A DNA stretch of 64,000 nt from Octopus sinensis (GCF_006345805.1 NC_043007.1:42532001-42596000), one strand, 5' to 3'; counted from the stretch's first letter, positions 13,656 through 26,216 are shown. The notes: a model not told the origin generated them from the sequence alone. Made by a program: numbers and translations.

Positions 13656-14310
13656 TGGTTTCAAATTTTGCCACAAGGGCAGCAATTTTGGGGAAGGGGA
13701 TGAGTCAATTACATTGACCCAGTATTCAACTGGTACTTATTCTATCAACCCCATAAGGATGGAAGGCAAAGTTGGCCTCAATGGAATTTGAATTCAGAAC
13801 ATAAAGACAGATGAAATGCATTTTGTATGGCATGCTAATGATTCTTCCAGCTTGCCACCTTAACAATAATAATAATTTCTAATTTTGGCACAAGGTTAGC
13901 AATTCAGGGGGCTGGGGTAAACTGATTACATCAACCCCAGTGATCAACTGGTACTTATTTTATCAACCCCCAAAAGGCTGAAAAGTAAAGTCAACCTTGG
14001 TAGAATCTGAATACAGAACGAAAAGGCGAGAAAATGCCACTAAACATTTTGCTTGGCATAATAACAATTCTTCCAGCTCGCCACCCTAATAATAATCCAT
14101 TCTACTAAAGGCAAAAGGCCTGAAATTTTTGGGGAGGGAACTAGTCGATTACATCAACCCCAGTGTTTCACTGGTACTTAATTTATCAACCCTGAAAGGA
14201 TGAAAGGCAAAGTCAACCTCAGCAGAATTTGAACTAAGAATGTAACAATGGGTGAAAAACCACTAATCATTTTGATTGGCATGATAACAATTTTACCAGC
14301 TCACTGCCAT
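12860..14310 (-). mobile_element. Head-to-tail cluster of about six family-B (Meta/MESC-like) SINEs separated by (AAT)n
   Basis: Repeated ctggtacttatt.tatc.accc..aaaggatgaaaggcaaagtcaacct..gaatttgaactcagaac..gccagctcgcc.cctt blocks, each bounded by taataataat runs. Confidence 0.85.
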
Positions 14311-14720
14311 AATAATAATAATAATGATAATAATAATAATAAGTAAAAAAAAAAGACAAAAAGAAAAAACAAAGTGAAGAAGAAACCAGCAAGCCACCAT
14401 CAGAAACCAACAAACTATTAAAAAATCTACAAAACAAAACAAACAAAACAAAACAAACTCAAAAGGTGAAGGTGAAAGAGGTGGAAGATAGGTATTAAAA
14501 CAAACAGAATAGAGAAGATATCCTCCATACCATGCTACCGCTATATCACTGTTCAGCAAGGAATGAAGGGAACATGCAGTGGCTTGGTAATTACTACTGC
14601 CACCTCCCCAATTCCCTTAGTTGCATTTTAAGACATTCATTCAAGAAATAGAAAAAATAATAATAATAAAACAAAAATGCAAAGAGAAAGAGAGAAAATA
14701 TTGAGTAGAGAAGTGCTCAC

Positions 14721-14784
14721 ATTGCTCTAATGGATTAGTAAGACCACTACCAGTCCAGTCAAACTGCACAGGTGGAATATCAAC
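14721..14784 (-). CDS. AFTPH: Aftiphilin coding exon (64 nt, phase 0 to 1): VDIPPVQFDWTGSGLTNPLEQ
   Basis: Acceptor ctttactgatttcag, donor T|gtgagc. PPVQFDWxxSGLTNPL is the hallmark aftiphilin C-terminal motif. Separated from the previous exon by a ~34-kb intron (14785-48839). Confidence 0.93.
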
Positions 14785-17099
14785 CTGAAATCAGTAAAGA
14801 GAAACAGCAATAGCTGACAGATCATTAAGCAAAAGGAGGAATTCACATGGGACAGGTCTGAGGGAGGTCTGCAAAGATATGGCAAGTTGTGCCCAGTGTG
14901 CCTCTGTGATGTTCGGTGGGATATGCAGCTGAATGATTAGTAAGGGATCAGGTCCTATGAGGGAGTGGACCACTGTGTGCACAGAAATGAAGAAAGATCA
15001 AATTAGGAAAGATTATAGGAAGGAAAAAAAAGGAAAAAAAGCCTGAAAGTAATCAAAGAAATAACTTGAAAGATGTAAATTGATTCATGCACATAAATGT
15101 ATTACACACATATACGCACACATGCACACATACAAAACACACTATCACAGATAAATAAGTGGGTTTACATAGAAAAACATAATTATGTGCATGTGTGTGT
15201 ACATATATGTACACACACACATACACATATATACACACACACACCCTCATATACATGTACACACACACACACACACACAAAAGACTTTACAAGTGTAGCC
15301 TAAAATAGAAAACTATTCACAAAAATATATACAAAATCAAAACACAGACCTCCAAATATAAAACATTCAAATATACTAATAAACTCATACAGATGAAAAA
15401 GATTATTGTAGAATCACAACTAGATACACACATACACAAACACGATACATAGTGGCACATTAACATATCTGAATGTTAAGGTTGGTAAAATGAGGACATC
15501 TGTTTTATAGGAAGTGTACATGGAAACAATGTACTTATAACAAGACAATAAACACAACACCAGCTACACCTGTAACTAGAGATTGAATCCTGTATAGATA
15601 TAAAGTCATATAAAATATTTAGAATGAAAGAAAACCAAAATGGAAGAATATCTGTAGAGCCTTCTTTACAAGGGAAAATACAGAAATGAAATGAAAAATT
15701 CATATATAATAAAAATAAATTAAAGGATTAGAATTCAGAAATTACTGTATGAATTTTTTTCATTACAGAAATTGGATGGCTTTAGAATTCAGTATCATAC
15801 GAGAGAAACTGCAATAAACTGGTGTTGCTATATTCTGGAGAGTGAGATGTCAGAGGTGAAAGTGACTGAGATATCTGAGTGTGAAAAATGATAAGATTGC
15901 CATATTCCTCAATGGGTTGTTGGGTCTTAGCAGAAGACTTTAGTTTTCATTTAGTGTGTTGAGGAGCAAATCAACTTGATGGAGACCGTTGGGAATCACA
16001 AGTAAAAATAGTAAGCCAAATGAAAAGGTCACTGCTTTGAATTGAACAGGATTTGCAGATTTAGTCTGTGAGGAGTTTACAACTATAACACAGCTTTTGA
16101 CTTGTGTATGTGTGTGTATACAGACACAATTTTGCTGTTGTTTAACCCAAGGTCAGTTTGACTGAGCAGCCCAATGATGAAAGACACTCCAACTATAACG
16201 ATCCAGTTGCTTTGTATACTAGGGACTGCATTGTCCAATGGAATCCTTTAAGATGGTATGATGTGATCTGAGAGAATTTTAGCTGATGTTCCCAGGCAAT
16301 TACATAGAGATTCCCTTAAAATTTCAGAAGTAAATTTTTGAACAAGACCTTTAAAGACGAAGGCAAAGAAGGGTTCCATGCCAACAGGGGCCAAACACAA
16401 GAAAGGTGGTCCTAAGAAGCAGACAAAAACTTGTATGAAAGGCTCTGGGCCCAGTGTCACCAAATGCAAATGTTGTTTAGCCTTAGGTTACTTTTATTAG
16501 AGCAGGCAGACATTAAAGGGCATTCCAGCCATGGCCATACCATCTGAAATCCTGTGCCCAAACAAGAATATTCAACATTTTTTTTAGCCCTAACTCAGCT
16601 CTATGATCAAAGCTGTTGCAAACATGACCATCTCATCTTTGAATCAGGCATAGCTATATTATGAAATATATCCTTCCGTTTTCTTTTTAAGATGTTAGGG
16701 AGCGACTTAAGAGAGACTTGACTGCTATTTCTAGCAGGTTGAGTGACCAGACAGCACCTCCCCTATGTTGGCTTGTATACATGATATAAAATATATAGTG
16801 ATGTTGAAGACTTGCAATTAATTTTGCTGAAATTAAATATTTCTGGTTACCTCTGAAATAAATAAGATCCATCACACTTTAGTAGCTTAGCAAATGCTTA
16901 GGGATTACATACAGTGTGACTAAGCAACAGGCTTTAGACATTTTCTAGAACACTCTGAGACACACTCCACCATTCAATGGTTGACTGCACAAGATGCAGA
17001 ATAACAGATGGTTGCAGTCATCTTGCAATCCAGCTTGTATATGACTAAAAGGGCCTAGGTATAACCACAGTATCTATCTATCTCCCAATCTACCTAATT

Positions 17100-17348
17100 C
17101 TTTACTAGCCACAAGGGGCTAAACACAGAGAGGACAAACAAGGACAGACAAATGGATTAAGTCAATTATATTGACCCCAGTGCATAACTGGTACTTATTT
17201 AATCGACCCCGAAAGGATGAAAGGCAAAGTCGACCTTGGGGGAATTTGAACTCAGAACGTAGCAGCAGGCGAAATACCGCTAAGCATTTCACCTGGTGTG
17301 CTAATGTTTCTGCCAGCTCGCCGCCTTCAATCTCCCAACCTACCTACC
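17100..17348 (-). mobile_element. Family-B SINE, well preserved
   Basis: Minus strand aaggcggcgagctggcagaaac..gagttcaaattcc (B box) followed by gcctttcatcctttcggggtcgat. Confidence 0.85.
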
Positions 17349-19149
17349 AAACTATTTACCTACTTATCTATCTACCTATCTAGTAATCTCTGCCAGTTGA
17401 TATAACATTATTGAGACATTCACCTGTTAAAATAAGGTTGCTGATGAGAGAAAATATTGAAATTACAAAAAGTATTACAAACACACACACATATTATGAT
17501 TTTGCTTAGACATAGCAATATTAAACCAGTTGTTAGAACTCAATGTAGTAATGCTTTAGAGTAAGGCTTCAGGTGAGAACACAAAATATCAATTAATGAA
17601 TGACATAAGAACATTAGTTATGTAATCCCTTTGATTAGCTTACAGCTGTTTCTGTCATTAGAAGCATTGCACTCATAAGATTACATAACTCCTATTCTTT
17701 TGTCATTTATTTATATACATATATATTCACATGCACATGCATATAGTCATGTCATATGGTGATGTTGATATATTTTGTTGTGATGTAGAATGTTATACCA
17801 TTCCACATGGGTTGGATGATATAGGTGTGTGTGTGTATGTATGTGTGTGTGTGCGTGTGCATGTGTGTGCGTGTGCATGCACACATGTGTGCATTCATGT
17901 AATATGGCATTGTAGCAATGGTAATGTAATGCAGTTTTGCAAAAAATTGTGTCAGAAAATGAAATATGCTACACTAACAAGGACAGCTCCTACTGTTTAA
18001 TCCAGAGCATTTAGATTTAAAAATTAAAGCCATATAAAAGAAGATGCACAAAGTATGTATGTAACCCCTTTCACCTGTCTCATAAAAATTAAAGATTTAT
18101 AATAAAATCTGTGTTTTATTTGTATTCATCTATATATGTTAAGCATGCTTTGCATTAATGCAGGAAACACCACTGCATACATGTTAGACATGATATAAAG
18201 TGTGGTATATAAATATATAATGATGTGATAGCTTTACACATGCATATCAGTGCAATATAATCAGAGATATTGTGATCAAAATTACATAATAGCACATTAT
18301 CACATAATATGACCCAGTGTAATGTTGCGGCATATCAGCTAAACAAATTTTGTCAGACTATGACAAAAGAATTATATTTTACTGTTTAGCTATGCAGTCT
18401 ATGACCAAGAGAGAGAAAACTTGGCACAGAATCACAATAGGTACAGCTCCACACTGTAAGCATTGAGAATATTGTACAATTAATGTTTTACCAGACTTCA
18501 GTGCTCAATAAAAGCAACAGGAAGTTAATCTAGTATTGAGCCTCACATTTAAGAATCCCCCAGTTGCTTGAGTTAGCCTTAGCATTGAATGAATCCAGGC
18601 TCTCAATCTGGCTTACACTATTATTGTAATAGCCGGAGTGCAACAACCATTCTGATGTTCACTGATACTACGCAGGCCTTTACCTCTATGCAGTTATTGC
18701 ACACAAATACATGGTATTCCTCAGACTAATGAAGGAGTCTATTTGCAGACAGCTTTTAGGGATAGTACCCAAATTTCCTTCAAACCACACCCTAAAATCT
18801 TTTTTTAAAAGGACATATTGGATAATGTAGTCCATGGTACATTAGGCCTGAAAAGAAGTTGGGATGGTCATGGCCTGAATGTCTTTGATAATAGGTCTGA
18901 TGAATTAGGGCAAAAATTGGAGCTAAACAGCAACATCATGGTAGTCAGCTATGATATCAATGCTGAGTCAATACACAATAAACTTTCCAACACACTCAGC
19001 CTTACATCCACAAATACATACATACATACATCCACAAATACATACATACATACTCTTGTACCATTATTGATTTAAACACTCAACCTATGTGCAGCAAATT
19101 GCATCATGCACCATGAACAGTCTCAAGCAGGCATTTACAGCAGATTTAA

Positions 19150-19640
19150 TTATGTAGAACAGATGATGCTGTACATAATTAAATAATAATTGGTAAGCAT
19201 GTGCAACATTCCCAAGTAAGTGCAGTAAATTCTGGTTAGTCCAGTATACTTATACTTGTAAGCAGTAAACACAGGAATGTGCAGTAGAGATGGATAGATA
19301 AAGCAAACTTGAGTGTGTGCAGTGAACTTAAATGGTATGTGCAACAAACTCATATGAGCAGTAGAGCAGAGCATGTGCAATAAAGTGATATGTGCAACTG
19401 AACCAAAACTGTCCAACACACTGATGTGTACAGCATAGTTAAGCAAGTGCTACAAATGTGTGCAATAGAGTTAAATATGTGCAACAGACTGATGCATGCA
19501 CTAGAGTTAAGCATGCACAGCAAACTAACATGTAAGGTGCAAGTAAATGTTTTCAACAAAATCTGATATGTGAAGTGGAGTTGTGCATGTACAATAGACT
19601 GAGACATGCAGTGCGGTTAAATCTATGCAACAGACTGATA
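19150..19640. repeat. Old degenerate minisatellite (~17-18-bp unit, atatgtgcaacagactg-like)
   Basis: Recurring tgtgcaa/tgtgcag cores at short intervals. Confidence 0.55.
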
Positions 19641-20015
19641 TATATAAAGCTCTTTTACACTTTCACACCCATACATTTGCAAATTTAGAAGCATTTAACT
19701 CAGGTTATTGATACTGTTGTTCAGCTCAAGGTCAGCTCTAATCAAGCAGATCTATGAGCAAAAGAATCCCAACCATGACAGTCTCTCCTTTTTTCTCAGG
19801 CAATGCGACTGAGGATCACATTATTCAATGTGTCCTTTTTTTATGACAGTAGAGTGGAGCATCAAAGCACTATTAATGCATAATGACAAATTATCACCAC
19901 AGCCATTACCCACATTTCCACCACATAAAATTCTACAGTTAACTGCCAAAGGTAAATGATTTTAACAATTTATGGTATCAGTTTCTTCATTTTCCACAAA
20001 CTGTAATGTTAAATA

Positions 20016-21282
20016 CAGGGATTGGACAAAATAATGGAAACACCTAGCATCATAATTTTTAAATATCTATAAAATTGTCAAAAGCTTGTTTATTTTTATG
20101 TATTTTGATTTATTATTAGTGTTGCTTAATGTTTTGCTAAAATTGCTGTTTCTTTTCAGATATCATCAGAAAAATCATTAAAATGACAAATATATCGGAC
20201 TTTCAAAGAGGTCAAATTGTTGATGTTCGTATAGCAGGCACCAGCGTCATGAAAACAGCTGAAATGTTTGGTGTATCAAGAAGTACTGTCACAAAAGTAA
20301 TGACAGCCTTTGAGAAAGAGGGAAAAACCTCCTTGTCAAAACAAAAGTCTGGAAGAAAAGCAAATCATTCAGATCAGGACCGTCTGACTCTTACGCGAAT
20401 TGTTAGAAAGGATCACAAAAGTACAGCTCCCAAACTTACTGCAGACCTTAATGACCACCTCGAGAACCTAGTTTCTACAAAAACCGTTTGCTGGGCACAG
20501 CACAAAGCCAGATTTCACGAGAGGACTGCAATCAGAAAACCACTACTTTCAAAAACAAATGTTGCAAAGCATTTAGAGTTGAGTAAAAACCTACAGAATT
20601 GGTCCCTAGAGTAGTGGAAGAATGTTATTTTCCTGGACAAGTCATCCTTCACCTTATTTTAATAAATTTTAATTTCCAACCACCGGTTGAGTATACATGT
20701 GGAGACTGCCAAAAGAAGCACTTGACCCAGACTGCCTTCTTCCAGCTGTTAAACATGGAGGAGGATCTGTGATGATCTGGGGGACTATATCTTGGAAATG
20801 TGCTGGCCCAATGGTTTCACTTCATGGCAGAATTAATAGTCAAGAGTATTTAAGCATTTTATCTGATCAAATTCATCCTATGGTTGAGGAACTGTTTCTG
20901 AAGGGAAACGCAATCTTTCAGGATGATAATGCACCAATTCATACAGCTAAATTTGTTACTGAATGGCATGAAGAACATTCTGGTGAAGTTGAACATCTTA
21001 TCTGGCCACCACAGTCCCCTGATCTCAATATTATTGAACATTTATGGTGCATTTTAGAAAAACAAGTAAGGAGTCGATATCCTCCACCATCATCACTAAA
21101 AGAACTGAAGACTGTTTTAGCTGAAGAATGGACAAAAATTCGTTTGGAAACAATTCAAACTTTGTACAAGTCCATACCTCATAGAATTCAAGCTGTAATT
21201 ACTGCCAAAAGCAGTCCTACTCACTATTAAAATAAATTTGTTTGAAATTTTAAGGTGTTTCCATTATTTTGTCTAACCCCTA
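20016..21282 (+). mobile_element. Full-length but inactivated Tc1-family DNA transposon with DD36E spacing (Incomer-like), 1267 bp
   Basis: 30-bp TIRs (27 of 30 match, core ggacaaaataatggaaacacct), TA at 20014-15 and 21283-84. ORF 20183-20614 gives the paired-like HTH, ORF 20697-21230 the DDE domain (FQDDNAPIH...SPDLNIIEHLW). Broken by a TAG at 20612-20614 and a ~15-nt AT-rich insertion near 20660. Confidence 0.92.
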
Positions 21283-23149
21283 TAATTCTGTAGAATGTAT
21301 ACGTTCATTTTTTAGTTATATGATATTTACAGTATTTTTATTATTTGGTTACTGTTTATGATCAGCATATCATATTGCTAATATCATATACATACACAAC
21401 TTCAAACGGCACTATCAATTAACTTTAAAAATTAGTTAAAACTGACACGTATCCTTTCAAAAGTATGGTTTATAAAGACATCACTATCTGCATACACACA
21501 CACATATATATACATAGAGAGAGAAAGAGAGAGAAATATGTATGGTATGTATACACATGATCTAAATGATTATATTCTTCCCTAAAATGTCTGGCTTTTT
21601 GTCAAAATGAGAAACTATTACCATTAAGCAAACTAAACATTATTGTTATACAGGGTGGACAATAAAATGAAATATTTAGTAGGGAGACAAGATTATATTC
21701 CTTACAGAATTAGTATTAAGTCACACATTCTGAGTTCAAATGTGGCTCATGTTATGTTGCCATTCATCTCTTCTTTGTACTTAGTTCAAATCTCACTTTG
21801 GTGAACTTTATCTTTCATCCTTCCATTGTTGATGAACTTTTGTGTTATATTTCAGTTGAAATGCATTTGCCTTTGTTGCAATTAATTATGAAACTAATGA
21901 TGACCAGGAGTGGTCTCAAGTGGGTTGGTTTCAAAAGAGTTAAATAAAGTCCCAGACAAGTACCAGGACCAATGTATATTCCTATAATGCATTCTAGATG
22001 TGAATGGAGTAATATACAAAGATCCACTCAATGAAGTCAATTCCTCTCCTCAGAGAAGTTGATCTCACATTTCAATCAAACAAAGCATTATGATAGCATT
22101 TGTTGTTCTAAAAAAGATCATGATAATCAATTTTTTTTGTTGATGATATCATGTGCATTATGTAATGTGGTCTTCATTTTTTTTTAATACAGCAGATTAT
22201 AATTTGGTGAAAATTTTACAGCTATTTCTAATGGGTACAAGCAAAGCTTTAAGGCAAGAATGTTAGAGCTATTGTCCTTTGATCATGAATTAGGTCACAC
22301 ACAGACACACACACAAGTGACAATGTGCAGTCACTTGAAAAGCTACAAATACAGCCAAATCTCCACAGGGATACACACCCAAATGTCTTATAAAAATAAA
22401 AGACAAATTAAACAATGTAGTCCACTGTGATATACATTAAATTATCACAATATACAAATCTAATGTGACTGCTAAATACACTAAATTTAAGATAACATTT
22501 TTGCACTAGTAACATATATACATACATACGTATTCTCATTTAATTACTACATAATAAAATCACACAAAACAAAAATATCCCTAAAAAGGGTAATTACCTG
22601 AAGCAAACACACACATACAATACAGTACGCACACACACACTCCTCATACTGAAATAATACAGAACAAAAAGTAGAAATGATTCTCAAATTATCACGCAAT
22701 ATCTAAAGCATTTTGGAGCTTCATTTATGATATATAAATTAATAACATGTACTAGTCTTATAACTGAGGTAAAACGACACTGATTTAAAAAATAATAACT
22801 TCAAAAATAATGAAAAATATAGTAAAATAACTTTGTCATTATTAAGCTGATGGAATATAACTAACATGAAATTTCAATAGGAAGTTTTAATTTATGTCAC
22901 TTCAGAATGGAAAGGCTATACCGTAAAATCAAAGGCAGTCACACACAGACAGTTTGGTTTCAAAAGTGCTGAAATTTCAATAGGCTTAATCTCTGATCAT
23001 CTCTACCAGCCCTATTCTTACTATTTACATATTCCTCATTGAATTTGAAGTCTGAAAATTTATTTCTAAAGCAAAATTTTAACATTCTTAACAACTTAGC
23101 AAAACCTGCATATGAAACAAAGGTTCAAATACAAAACCAGCCTAGAGTA

Positions 23150-23184
<35 letters not shown>

Positions 23185-23411
23185 ATTAATCAATATAGGG
23201 TGGCAAAAAAATTTTGTAGAATTTTTTTGCCACCAGCGGCCTAGTGGGAAAAAAATTAAATAGTCATAGACCATTTTTAAGTTCAACATCACAATCAAGG
23301 AACGGCCATAATAGGCCATTCACCCACTAGAAATAACAGCCAAAAGCTTCAACCGCAAAATAACATCAATTCCGTAAACCAGGAGAAAATTAAAAAAACA
23401 TTTACCCTGTA

Positions 23412-23518
23412 ATTTCTTATACGATGCACCGTTTCATCTACTGTTTAATGGTAAACTAACCTGATTAAATTAAATCAAGCCAATCTACCATAGGCCCTTA
23501 GATTCATCAGTAAGAAAT
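23412..23518 (-). ncRNA. Type I hammerhead ribozyme (copy on the aftiphilin sense strand)
   Basis: Reverse complement of the + copies: atttctta-CTGATGA-atcta..tagat-GAAAC-ggtgcatc-GTA-taagaaat. Confidence 0.88.
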
Positions 23519-23953
23519 AGCCAAGTCGGAACAGATATTTTTCACGAGGCATTCCCGTCCCTGCCTCGGCAATATCTGACCTAAAATTTTCAAATCATCG
23601 CACTCGCGCCAAATTTATCGGCAGCAAATAAATATAAGCCGCCGATTCCATTACGGAATTAACCAGAAAATTCATAATTAATCAATATAGGGTGGCAAAA
23701 AATTTTGTAGAATTTTTTTTTGCCACCAGCGGCCTAGTGGGAAAAAAATTAAATGTCAATTCTACAAAATTTTTTGCCACCCTATATTGATTAATTATGA
23801 ATTTTCTGGTTAATTCCGTAATGGAATCGGCAGCTTATATTTATTTGCTGCCGATAAATTTGGCGTGAGTGCGATGATTTGAAAATTTTAGGTCAGATAT
23901 TGCCGAGGCAGGGACGGGAATGCCTCGTGAAAAATATCTGTTCCGACTTGGCT

Positions 23954-24060
23954 ATTTCTTACTGATGAATCTAAGGGCCTATGGTAGATTGGCTTGATTT
24001 AATTTAATCAGGTTAGTTTACCATTAAACAGTAGATGAAACGGTGCATCGTATAAGAAAT
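23954..24060 (+). ncRNA. Type I hammerhead ribozyme, copy 1
   Basis: Stem I atttctta/taagaaat (8 bp), core CTGATGA 23962-68, stem II atcta/tagat closing a long structured loop, GAAAC 24037-41, stem III cgg-tgca-tcg, GUA cleavage triplet 24050-52. Confidence 0.9.
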
Positions 24061-24444
24061 TACAGGGTAAATGTTTTTTTAATTTTCTCCTGGTTTACGG
24101 AATTGATGTTATTTTGCGGTTGAAGCTTTTGGCTGTTATTTCTAGTGGGTGAATGGCCTATTATGGCCGTTCCTTGATTGTGATGTTGAACTTAAAAATG
24201 GTCTATGACTATTTAATTTTTTTCCCACTAGGCCGCTGGTGGCAAAAAAATTCTACAAAATTTTTTGCCACCCTATATTGATTAATTATGAATTTTCTGG
24301 TTAATTCCGTAATGGAATCGGCGGCTTATATTTATTTGCTGCCGATAAATTTGGCGCGAGTGCGATGATTTGAAAATTTTAGGTCAGATATTGCCGAGGC
24401 AGGGACGGGAATGCCTCGTGAAAAATATCTGTTCCGACTTGGCT

Positions 24445-24551
24445 ATTTCTTACTGATGAATCTAAGGGCCTATGGTAGATTGGCTTGATTTAATTTAATC
24501 AGGTTAGTTTACCATTAAACAGTAGATGAAACGGTGCATCGTATAAGAAAT
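24445..24551 (+). ncRNA. Type I hammerhead ribozyme, copy 2
   Basis: Identical motif; CTGATGA 24453-59, GUA 24541-43. Confidence 0.9.
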
Positions 24552-24936
24552 TACAGGGTAAATGTTTTTTTTAATTTTCTCCTGGTTTACGGAATTGATG
24601 TTATTTTGCGGTTGAAGCTTTTGGCTGTTATTTCTAGTGGGTGAATGGCCTATTATGGCCGTTCCTTGATTGTGATGTTGAACTTAAAAATGGTCTATGA
24701 CTATTTAATTTTTTTCCCACTAGGCCGCTGGTGGCAAAAAAATTCTACAAAATTTTTTGCCACCCTATATTGATTAATTATGAATTTTCTGGTTAATTCC
24801 GTAATGGAATCGGCGGCTTATATTTATTTGCTGCCCATAAATTTGGCGCGAGTGCGATGATTTGAAAATTTTAGGTCAGATATTGCCGAGGCAGGGACGG
24901 GAATGCCTCATGAAAAATATCTGTTCCGACTTGGCT

Positions 24937-25043
24937 ATTTCTTACTGATGAATCTAAGGGCCTATGGTAGATTGGCTTGATTTAATTTAATCAGGTTAGT
25001 TTACCATTAAACAGTAGATGAAACGGTGCATCGTATAAGAAAT
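24937..25043 (+). ncRNA. Type I hammerhead ribozyme, copy 3
   Basis: Identical motif; CTGATGA 24945-51, GUA 25033-35. Confidence 0.9.
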
Positions 25044-25362
25044 TACAGGGTAAATGTTTTTTTAATTTTCTCCTGGTTTACGGAATTGATGTTATTTTGC
25101 GGTTGAAGCTTTTGGCTGTTATTTCTAGTGGGTGAATGGCCTATTATGGCCGTTCCTTGATTGTGATATATATATATACATATATATATATATATCAGCC
25201 ATGAGCAAACTGCAGCCTACAGAACTTCCTGAATGACACACTAACAAAAAATTACCTTGAATCTTTTTAGTAGTGCAGCCTTCCTGATAATGAGCTATGT
25301 TTCATGTCTCAAGCAGCCTGCTTCTCAAAAAGAGGTTGCCAATGCCTGGTGTATGTATGTGC

Positions 25363-25416
<54 letters not shown>

Positions 25417-25999
25417 ACAATCAGACTAGAGACAAGACAACTCAAACTATAGTGTAAGATACAAGCACAACAGAATACTATTAGTAATGTAGAATTAAAA
25501 TTGAAATTATTCTTGCACTAACTAATCTCAGATATTCATACATGCAATCACACTTATATTTTACAACTGACATTCGGCACCAAAAGGAAACCTATAAGTG
25601 TTTGCGTGATATACTAGACATAGCAGCCAAATCTCCTTCAAAATCATTCCTATCATATGAAAAAGAGGAGAGATACATTGGATAAGCGTGTAGCTCCATA
25701 TACACTGTGTCTGAAATAAAAGAAATAGATTATAGAGCTGGGGCTAAACAACAATTACTGTGGGTATTGCTTTTATGCTTTTACATTTTTGTTTTTGATA
25801 GTCACAAGGCTGTCGTGCATTTGTATGGTTGTGGATTTGTGTATCAACTGCTGGATGAAAAAAGATTTTATAGAGGTGCACTGTCACTGTAATCATCATC
25901 ATCACCATCATCAGTTTCATAACTTGTTTTTATTGTGGTTGTCTTCTCCACCGCTACTATCATTATTCAGTTTGTCATGCATTGTACAGGTTGGTTATA

Positions 26000-26216
26000 T
26001 CTCTTTACTCTTTTACTTGTTTCAGTCATTTGACTGCGGACATGCTGGAGCACCGCCTTTAATCGAGCAACTCGACCCCTGGACTTATTCTTTGTAGGCC
26101 CAGTACTTATTCTAGCGGTCTCTTTTTGCCGAACCACTAAGTGACGGGGACATAAACACACCAGCACCAGTTGTCAAGCAATGCTAGGGGGGCAAACACA
26201 GACACACAAACATACA

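Larger units (their letters stand above)
23181..25167. mobile_element. Retrozyme-like array of a ~492-bp unit: ~1.2 units in one orientation (23181-23754) fused to ~2.9 units in the opposite orientation (23758-25167), flanked by (TA)n
   Basis: Period measured from cataattaat at 23181 and 23673 (492 bp) and from predicted cleavage sites at 24052, 24543 and 25035 (491 and 492 bp). Copies differ at only a handful of positions. Confidence 0.9.

Noticed and set aside
14531-14615. Possible extra AFTPH exon (W-NWGGGSSNYQATACSLHSLLNSDIAVA) with ag/gt boundaries, in phase with exon 14721-14784
   Set aside because: No polypyrimidine tract (aaatgcaactaag) and it ends in phase 2, incompatible with the phase-1 exon at 529; no aftiphilin similarity.
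23181-23672. Viroid-like ambisense design (a ribozyme in both polarities of the 492-nt monomer)
   Set aside because: No CTGANGA/GAAAC pair on the opposite strand of the unit; the minus copy comes from inversion of the whole unit. Other ribozyme classes were not testable by eye.
23181-25167. CRISPR-like or centromeric satellite interpretation of the array
   Set aside because: No unique spacers; the small, intronic, ribozyme-bearing, inverted architecture fits a retrozyme better.
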